From Macrostomum lignano (taxonomy: Eukaryota), in contig NIVC01002568.1 in the NCBI GenBank assembly GCA_002269645.1, forward strand, positions 1 to 43,743: a stretch of DNA of 43,743 bases, given 5' to 3'. The stretch's first letter is position 1, and each line of letters begins with the position of its first letter. Both the position numbers and the translations under genes were made by a program. Positions 11,501 to 20,594 of the stretch are shown in pieces. The notes below the pieces were generated by a model. That model saw only the letters and a program-made list of their open reading frames with translations, searched no databases and was not told where the DNA came from.

Positions 11501-14500
11501 CGACTTCAAGTCCAAGCACTGCTGGCGCGTGAAGTTCCTGGTGCGCAACTTCGGACTGCTGCCAGCCACCAGGATGCTGATCAGGTACGAGGCGCTGGGC
11601 ACCGGCAGTCTGCAGTGGGGCGACCCCATCACGGTGCACAATGCACTGCATGACCTCATGGGAGTTCGGTACGAGGGCTTCGCGTCTCCTCTGAACTCCA
11701 AGATGATCGACAAGGCGGACTCTCGCTTCTGCAGCCTCTTCATCGACACTGACGAGGAGTTCGGCAGCATGGGCAGCTTCTTCAAGGTGGACTTCTCCAA
11801 GTGCCACGGTGGATGGACGGTCAACCCGCCCTTCATCGAGGAGCTCATGGACCGGGTGGCCACCAAGGTGCTGAACTACCTGGACACTGGCGATGAGAAC
11901 TGCTGGTTCTTCGTCACCTTCCCCAGGTTCGACTGTTGAGAGCGCTCAGCTTTTTGTTCCACCAGCTACCTTTTTAATCATACTTAGCAGTCCCGGATCA
12001 ACTCAGGATTGTCATCAGCCACCGATCCCGGTATTTGAGCCTATTTGGGATCCGCACCAGCCACTGATCCCGGTATTTGAGCACTCTATTTGGGATCCTC
12101 TCCCAGCCACTGATCCCGGTATTTGAGCACTCTATTTGGGATCCTCTCCCAGCCACAGATCCCGGTATTTGAGCACTCTATTTGGGATCCTCTCCCAGCC
12201 ACTGATCCCGGTATTTGAGCCTATTAGGGATCCTCACCCAGCCACTGATCCCGGTATTTGAGCCCATTTGGGATCCTCTCCCAGCCACTGATCCCGGTAT
12301 TTGAGCCTATTAGGGATCCTCACCCAGCCACTGATCCCGGTATTTGAGCCCATTTGGGATCCTTACCAGCCACTGATCCCGGTATTTGAGCCTATTTGGG
12401 ATCCTTACCAGCCACTGATCCCGGTATTTGAGCCTATTTGGGATCCTCTCCCAGCCACTGATCCCGGGATTCAAGCACTATTAGGGATCCTCACCCAGCC
12501 ACTGATCCCGGTATTTGAGCCTATTTGGGATCCTCTCCCAGCCACTGATCCCGGTATTTGAGCCCATTTGGGATCCTTACCAGCCACTGATCCCGGTATT
12601 TGAGCCTATTTGTGATCCTCTCCCAGCCACTGATCCCGGTATTTGAGCACTCTATTTGGGATTCTCTCCAAGCTATGGATCCAGAGATACGGGATTTGAG
12701 CATTCAAGTCGCGATCCTCTCCCAGCTATTGATCCCGGGATCTGAGCACTTTTTGGGACCATCTGCCGCTCAATACTCCCAGGATTTGAGAGCCACAATT
12801 TTACTGGGATGTCTCTTGGCCTGAAAGGAGCTCTCCTTCTACAACATTAAGCGCAAATTCTGAGGGTATCTACGAGCCAGAAGTGGAGTGACTCTGTGAA
12901 ACTGATGCAGTTAAATTACCAGTGTATCTCAGATACTTGATTAAAAATTGCTGTCTGCATTGTGCTACAAATTATCAATTTATATACGATCGTAGTTTAA
13001 GCGATCTGTCCACACAGTAGCAAAGCAGTGCGCTCATTCATGGCAGATTTCAAAGCATGCCAAAATTCCGTCTATATCCGATCCTAGCTACTCTTAGTGG
13101 AGGAATGTGCTGGTCTGCTTCAGTTTTCTCCAAATCGAAAGGGACAACCGCTACCAATTAAATTTTATTGGGATTCGGTGATCAAAACAGTGTTGATTGC
13201 TTCGAACTCACCGAGGTGATTTCTCCGCTTAGCCAGATACTTCCACTGTTTGAGTACTTTTGTTTTTTATTTCGTACTTTTAGTTCTCCTTAGTTACATC
13301 TCTAATTTGTATTATTTTCCGTTGCCGAAAATCCGCCAGGTGGGATGACACCCCCGGCTGGGTGCGTCTCAGTGATTCCAAGCGCCGCATCGACCAGATC
13401 GAGCTGGACGACGGCGGCTTCACGGTGCAGGACTGCTACGGCCGCATCTTCGTGCCCCGCAACAACCTCACCATCTTCGTGATGGGGAACCGCCTGCCCG
13501 ATGATGCCAACCTAAAGGAGATTCGCAAGATGTTCCGCAACCTCAACCGGCACATGGTGGAGGAGGAGTGGCGGATGACCTGCAGCAAGCAGCTCCGTGT
13601 AATCCTCAAGCCCAGCCGGCACAGAGCTGCCAAGACCGACGGCCATGAGACGGGCAACACCGCGGATCTCCGGAACAGACTCAAAAGAAGGCATTCCCCA
13701 CTGCTTGATGAGTCCGAGCCCAGCGTCAAGTCAGCCGAGCCCACAGAGAAGCACCTGACGGAGCTGCGGCAGTGGCGCTTCGCCCGCTCCTTGGTGGACG
13801 TCTTCCTGAAGGGAGACGGCAGGATGTACCACACAGCGGATAAGAACCTTTCGGAGGCGCAGAACATGCTGGACCGCTGGCTGCTGTCCTTCCAGCTGGA
13901 CTACGCTGGCAGCATGGACTCGCGCTACCCGCTGTTTCCGCAAAGCCTGAGAGAGGAGGACTCGGTGAACCAGAAGCTGATCGACGAGTGCGTGGAGAAG
14001 AAGTTCAGCTCGGACAGGGAGAACGCCAGGACCATCTTTGGTCAGTTGGAGCAGCGACTGCGCAAGTTCCTGAAGGACGATGGCAGGGACGAAGACACAA
14101 GCGACCTCCGCATAGAGCTGATTGAGGACAGCGAAGATGCAGCTCACGTGACACTGGGCGACTTCAAGTCCAAGCACTGCTGGCGGGTGAAGTTCCTGGT
14201 GCGCAACTTCGGACTGCTGCCAGCCACCAGGATGCTGATCAGGTACGAGGCGCTGGGCACCGGCAGTCTGCAGTGGGGCGACCCCATCACAGTGCACAAT
14301 GCACTGCATGACCTCATGGGAGTTCGGTACGAGGGCTTCGCGTCTCCTCTGAACTCCAAGATGATCGACAAGGCGGACTCTCGCTTCTGCAGCCTCTTCA
14401 TCGACACTGACGAGGAGTTCGGCAGCATGGGCAGCTTCTTCAAGGTGGACTTCTCCAAGTGCCACGGCGGCTGGCATGTGAACCCACCCTTCATCGAGGC

Positions 14501-15017
14501 CATGATGGACCGGGTGGCCTCAAGGATTTTGGACTATCTGGACACTGGCGATGAGAACTGCTGGTTCTTCGTCACCTTCCCCAGGTGGGACGATGCCCCC
14601 AGCTGGGAGCGCCTCAGCCTCTCTAAGCACCTCATTGACAAGTTTGCGCTTGACAATGGCGGCTTCACGGTGCAGGACGGCTACGGCCGCGTCTTCGAGC
14701 CGCGCAACAACCTCACCATCTTCGTGCTGGGCCACCGCCTTCCCGAGGGCGCCAACCTGCAGGAGATTCGCAAGATGTTCCGCAACCTGGACAAGAGCAG
14801 GGTGGAGCAGGAGTGGCAGATGACCTGCGGCAAGCAGGTCCGCCGAATGCTCACGGCCACCCGGCGCAGTGCAGTCAGGGTTTCTGGGGACTCCCCAGCT
14901 CGCTGCCTCCCAGACGATGACGTGCCGTCCGCCGCCCCGGCCGTGCTGCCCGCCAAGCCCGTCATCGACCCGCAGCTGAAGCCGAATCGCCAGTTGAAGC
15001 GGTTCAAGAAGTCCTAG
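8519..15017 (+). CDS. PCIF1/CAPAM-like cap-adenosine N6-methyltransferase with three tandem helical+MTase units, about 1283 aa; exons 8519-9447, 10682-11926, 13340-15017
   Basis: Each unit has LDRWLL...YPLFP, RYEALGTGSLQW, EGFASPLNS, CSLFIDTDEEFGSMG and the catalytic NPPF motif, which align to PCIF1 FECFASPLN...ANPPFCEELM. Splicing AG|GT at 9447/10682 and 11926/13340 restores FPRWDD, the sequence found uninterrupted in unit 3. Total 3852 nt, divisible by 3. Confidence 0.85.
9538..9990. repeat. 42-46-bp minisatellite (CCAGCCACTGATCCCGGTATTTGAGC..CTATTTGGGATCCT) in PCIF1-like intron 1
   Basis: Tandem units with an internal GATCCC...GGGATC inverted repeat. Confidence 0.9.
12017..12660. repeat. 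Paralogous, longer 42-46-bp minisatellite in PCIF1-like intron 2
   Basis: Same unit as 9538-9990 but more copies. Confidence 0.9.
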
Positions 15018-15922
15018 CCGGGCCCTGGCTGCACGCTGCTGCGGCTCCCGCAAGCTCCGTGCCCGCTGATGCCGCCCCGATGATTCAAGTTGAGATGTTT
15101 GCTTCTTCTGCAGCCTCCTGCTGTCTGATTAACTTTTCAATACTGTTTTGATTTGTTTTACCATGCGGTAAATTAATGATAATGTTCCAATTTTAATCCT
15201 TATATAATTAGACTCTCTAGACAGACTAAAAGATTTTCCAATTGTTTTCTGTTTGTATTTCATTTAACTTTTTGGCCATTGCTTGAGCGGGGACTGCTCA
15301 GGTGTAGGACGCTGCACTTCTCACGCCAGCACTAATCAGCCCCGTTTGCATGGGGACGTATAAAGTATTCCACAGCTATATGGAGACTAGCAAACTTAAA
15401 CAAATTGGGCCACTCTCGAATATGCGAATAAGCTACTTTCAGTTGATTAGTAAACTAAGCATTTTAATATATTTATGAGAAGACTCAGCTGTTATCCCCC
15501 CCAGCTTCCGAAATGACTCCCAACTATCCACATTTGACCTCTACCTGCCCGCCGCCCAATGTTTATCGTTACAGAGCAAAATATTGTTTAACTGCATGCG
15601 CTAATAGTGCTGTGAAAATCCATTTGACGTAACCTCGTGATTTTTGTCTGTCTATAAAGCAATGAAAACTCGAGAAATAAAAGCCATCAGTTAATTCAAT
15701 ATTCCATTAGAATCATACTACAACTGGGTTATATTTTATACTGTACCAGCTTCATGAATTTAACTAAAAAATGTAATGAGCACTGATATGACTATTGTGG
15801 GGTGGTGGCTGAACTTTCTAGCGATGTAATGCGAGCAGAAAATATGAAGACAGTAATAATAGTGGGGTAAAAAGTACATTCTAGAAATGTTAAACCGCAC
15901 GATCGGACCAGGTCAGCAGGCG

Positions 15923-16414
15923 TCACAGTCTCATCACCCGGCAGCTGCGCACGTCTTTGGAGAAGCTGCGCACGATGGCAACGCCCTGGCAGCTGCCCAG
16001 GACCTCCGTGGCCGTCTGCCTGACGGTAAGGTTCCCACAGGCGTAGTTGTGCTCGAGCTCCATTGAGCCGGTTGGACTCGGGCTGATGCACTTGGACTCC
16101 GAGTGGGCAAGGCCCTGCTCCGGCAGGTGGTTCCAGTAGTGTCTGCAAGTCTCCATCCGGCAAGGCCCGGAGGTGTCGACGCTGCATCTGCGGACCTCGC
16201 TCTCCGGCGTCAGCCTTTGCATTCCCTCGGGCAGGAAGACTAGGAAAGTGTCATTCCGGGTCAGGTTGGCCGCGAAGCCGGAGCCGCAGCGGTCAGTCAC
16301 CAGTCGCAGCAGGTTGGTCGGCTGCAGGGCCTGGCCCTGAGGCTGCATCAACCACAGGCAGAGCAGGAGAGCCGCTGCTGCCAGGCTGGGCTTGCTGCTA
16401 GTTTCTGGGCGCAT
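15923..16414 (-). CDS. Predicted secreted cysteine-rich protein, about 163 aa, family not recognised
   Basis: ATG at 16414 (the ORF-track start is a TTG). Hydrophobic signal-like segment SLAAAALLLCLWLMQPQGQA, 8 Cys in the mature part, sequons NLT, NDT and NLT. GC-rich coding-like composition with AT-rich sequence downstream. Confidence 0.65.
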   Translation of the reverse strand: MRPETSSKPSLAAAALLLCLWLMQPQGQALQPTNLLRLVTDRCGSGFAANLTRNDTFLVFLPEGMQRLTPESEVRRCSVDTSGPCRMETCRHYWNHLPEQGLAHSESKCISPSPTGSMELEHNYACGNLTVRQTATEVLGSCQGVAIVRSFSKDVRSCRVMRL

Positions 16415-17272
16415 TGCTGCTGGTGAAAAACAGCTGTTCCAAGGCAAAATTTGGCTTAGTGGGAGCTCAGGGCCTGCGGTCTCGCCTTATGTAGTCTCGG
16501 GGCGGGAGGAGGGGGACCCCGGGGGCTCCTCGAGCCTTCCTCCACGCGGGCTCGCAGCGAGTAGAGGCATTGGTTGCCGCAGCTGCAGGATGCTTGGGCT
16601 TATTTTAGAAACTTTTTATTCCTGGCTTCCATTTTTAGCATCTGAAGCTTCCTTGGCAAGTGCTCACAATAGCCAGGCAGGCATGCTCAGGCCATTGTCA
16701 AACCGCCCCACAGTATTCTCTTTTTACTGCAGCAACACTTGCAGACGTAAAATATCTCAGCCCAAGTGGCAGCCCGCCTTCCCACGGCCCGACTCACTGT
16801 GACTCATTGTGCGCTGCACTTAATGAGAAAACTGCCACAGTGAATCATTTCAGGGCGCAAAGGCAGATCCGAAATCTCTCAGACTGCCTCTGAAAATCAG
16901 TCAAGCTGGTTCTTTGCTTGACTTGAAATCCCCTGGATCAGCCAAGATGCCTCAGCCGGGTGCCAGGCGCCTCACTTCAGGAGTCCTCTGTACCTGGAGG
17001 TCACTGGACCGATCCGCATTCAGTTTTTCCCGAGTTAGCTTAAAAAGATGGTCCAAGGAAGAAGTTGGCTGCTTCTACACGTGTTTCAATGAATTGAGGA
17101 GGCCACTTTAATCCATTCTTTAATTCCCACTTGACAGCTGAATCAAGTCTAAATACTTAAGTGTGTAAAGTTTTTTAAGTCATTGAGAGATATGGAGATA
17201 GCCATTTACGTTGGCCTGTTTAAGCGAACTCATGGAAAACTGAATGTCCTGGATCGAGACAGGGTCACCCCT

Positions 17273-17577
17273 CTTACTACTTACTGCCTTACATGTACTA
17301 ACTGCCTTACTAACTGCCTTACTTACTGCCTTACTAACTGTCTTACTTACTGCCTTACTAACTGTCTTACTTACTGCCTTACTTACTGCCTTACTAACTG
17401 TCTTACTAACTGTCTTACTTACTGCCTTACTAACTGTCTTACTTACTGCCTTACTTACTGTCTTACTTACTGCCTTACTAACTGTCTTACTTACTGCCTT
17501 ACTAACTGTCTTACTTACTGCCTTACTAACTGTCTTACTTACTGCCTTACTAACTGTCTTACTTACTGCCTTACTAC
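17273..17577. repeat. 12-bp-period array ACTTACTGCCTT / ACTAACTGTCTT
   Basis: Tandem units visible directly. Confidence 0.9.
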
Positions 17578-17934
17578 TTCAGAATTATGCAGCTCAAAAA
17601 AGCAAATCTGGTTTAACAACGCGAGACAGGACAAAGCAGGAACATGCCTTACAGGTGACTATTGTTCTCAGTCCGGGGTGCGGTCCGAAATGCCTTCTCA
17701 GCTTTTATGATGCCGCCCTAATTTATGGCCCCCAGGACGCTGGAAAACTTGCCGTCGCGCGCATTTTGCTGCTCCTGCGAGACTCGCGTGAACGGAATCT
17801 GAGACTGTTATTGCTTCTCAGCTCTCATTCAAACTGGCTCGAGCGGCATTGCCAATGCGGATGGATGCGGATTTTTCTGCTTTTAAGGGGTTCCGGGTTA
17901 ACACTCTGACCACCTGACTCTTCATAACTGACCA

Positions 17935-19450
17935 TCCTTCTCTCTCTCTCTCTCTCTCTCTCCATCTCTCATTATATCTCTCGATCTCCAACTCTCATTA
18001 TATCTCTCGATCTCCAACTCTCATTATATCTCTCGATCTCCAACCCTCATTATATCTCTCGATCTCCATCTCTCATTATATCTCTCCATCTCCATCTCTC
18101 ATTATATCTCTCGATCTCCAACTCTCATTATATCTCTCGATCTCCATCTCTCATTATATCTCTCGATCTCCATCTCTCATTATATCTCTCCATCTCCATC
18201 TCTCATTATATCTCTTCATCTCCATCTCTCATTATATCTCTCGATCTCCATCTCTAGTTGTATCTCTCGATCTCAATCTCTCATTATATCTCTCCATCTC
18301 TATCTCTCATTGTATCTCTCAATCTCCATCTCTCATTATATCTCTCCATCTCCATCTCTCATTATATCTCTCCACCTCCATCTCTCATTATATCTCTTCA
18401 TCTCCATCTCTCATTATATCTCTTCATCTCCATCTCTCATTATATCTCTCGATCTCCATCTCTAGTTGTATCTCTGGATCTCCATCTCTCATTATATCTC
18501 TCCATCTCTATCTCTCATTGTATCTCTCAATCTCCATCTCTCATTATATCTCTCCATCTCTATCTCTCATTGTATCTCTCAATCTCCATCTCTCATTATA
18601 TCTCTCCATCTCTATCTCTCATTGTATCTCTCAATCTCCATCTCTCATTATATCTCTCGATCTCCATCTCTCATTGTATCTCTCGATCTCCATCTCTAAT
18701 AATATCTCTCCATCTCCATCTCTCATTATATCTCTCGATCTCCATCTCTAGTTGTATCTCTCGATCTCCATCTCTCATTATATCTCTCCATCTCTATCTC
18801 TCATTGTATCTCTCAATCTCCATCTCTCATTATATCTCTCGATCTCCATCTCTCATTATATCTCTCCATCTCCATCTCTCATTATATCTCTCCACCTCCA
18901 TCTCTCATTATATCTCTCGATCTCCATCTCTCATTATATCTCTCGATCTCCATCTCTCATTATATCTCTCCATCTCTATCTCTCATTGTATCTCCCGATC
19001 TCCATCTCTCTTTATATCTCTCCATCTCCATCTCTCATTATATCTCTCCACCTCCATCTCTCATTATATCTCTTCATCTCCATCTCTCATTATATCTCTC
19101 CATCTCTATCTCTCATTGTATCTATCAATCTCCATCTCTCATTATCTCTCCATCTCTATCTCTCATTGTATCTCCCGATCTCCATCTCTCTTTATATCTC
19201 TCCATCTCCATCTCTCATTATATCTCTCCACCTTTATCTCTCATTATATCTCTTCATCTCCATCTCTCATTATATCTCTCTATCTCTATCTCTCATTATA
19301 TCTCTCGATCTCCATCTCTCATTATATCTCTCTATCTCTATCTCTCATTATATCTCTCGATCTCCAGCTCTCATCATATCTCTCTCCATCCAAGGACGAC
19401 TAAAGTAACTTAAGTAGTCCTTGTCTCCATCTCTCATTATATCTCTCTGT
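17935..19450. repeat. (CT)n followed by a degenerate pyrimidine-rich minisatellite (TCTCCATCTCTCATTATATCTC-like)
   Basis: About 1.5 kb with an almost G-free + strand. Confidence 0.95.
19391..19423. mobile_element. hAT-type micro-MITE (33 bp) inserted in the CT-rich array
   Basis: CAAGGACGACTAAAG-TAA-CTTAAGTAGTCCTTG flanked by TCTCCATC on both sides (19383-19390 and 19424-19431). Confidence 0.7.
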
Positions 19451-20594
19451 CTCTGATTTCATTTTTTATTTATTTCATTAGTATATTTGTTTTTATGTAC
19501 GATATATAAAAGTTATTAATGTATATGCAAATATTCGTATTATTATTTACACAGTATATATTTTCACTGCTTTTTGCTGACACATTCGTTATCTATCGCT
19601 TTAAGTAGTCTGGCTAGCACAATGCTGTCGGAAAATGCTTATTCTTTTTAAAAATCCGCTGAATTACTGTGGGCAGCCCTAGCCTGTAGTGACTGTATCA
19701 GATTTGCCCGGTCAAATAGGGCAGCCTTTGGTACAGTGTTAGCAGTGTTCAGATTCACTCCCACTGGCGCCTGTTGCACCTGCAAAGCTCCAGACCTTTA
19801 GAACCTCGCCAGGCTGCACCCCAGCTAGCGGAGGGAGGATGCCGGCTGCCTCATCTTTTCCGATGCCCTGCCAGCATGGCAGCTCTGAGGGCGCAGTCTG
19901 CAGTTGACTGGGTGGCTGAAGTCTGCATGCAGAGATTGGCAGATAAATCCAAGCTAGCTGGGCTCGCAGTGCAGCTGCTGCATTAAGAAATGATTGCATT
20001 TGAATATGGCACAGCTGCAGTCATGACTTGCGGATGCCGGGATTGCTTCGCAGCCGCTTCTCTATCCGGAAGGCTGAGCCGAATGCTCACAGACCGCCGG
20101 GGGCTCCCTTCTGTCCCGCACTCGCTCTCTCAGAGCAGCCCATTGTTCTGTGAATGCAGCTCGCGCCAGCGCACCTTGGGCTTGTCACAATAATAAAACT
20201 CTGTCACAACACGCAAAAATGGAATTTTGCGCTACGCAAATCGCACTGCGAGCTGCTCCGAATTGCACGAAATTGAGAGGCAGAGCACCGCCCCATACCT
20301 GCTCGCTGCTCGGGCTGGCCCGGCTTTCCAGGCTTATTGCGCAGCTTCACCCCGCCCGTACGGCCCGCTCTGCAGCACCTTCTGCCCCGGGAGGGGGTGG
20401 CGTGCAGCCCTGCGACCTCGTGCCCTCCACCCCGGCCCGCGCAATTCAAGTCGCCCTTCTTACTTCAACCAGGACGCAGTTCTGCTTGCTAAGCCCGTGC
20501 GCACTCTGCATTTTTCAGATATCACTGCGCAGCCCTCGGCACACGGCTGCCCGAAGCCAGCAGAGACAACTCGGCAGAGCTGCAACGCTGAGCG

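Noticed and set aside
8519-15017. Triplication as a pure assembly artefact, or three separate genes
   Set aside because: Synonymous differences, diverged intron 3' parts and a distinct unit 3 argue against an artefact. ORFs 2 and 3 start with GTG immediately after strong acceptors and begin with a domain C-part, which fits splicing. Not fully excluded without spanning reads.
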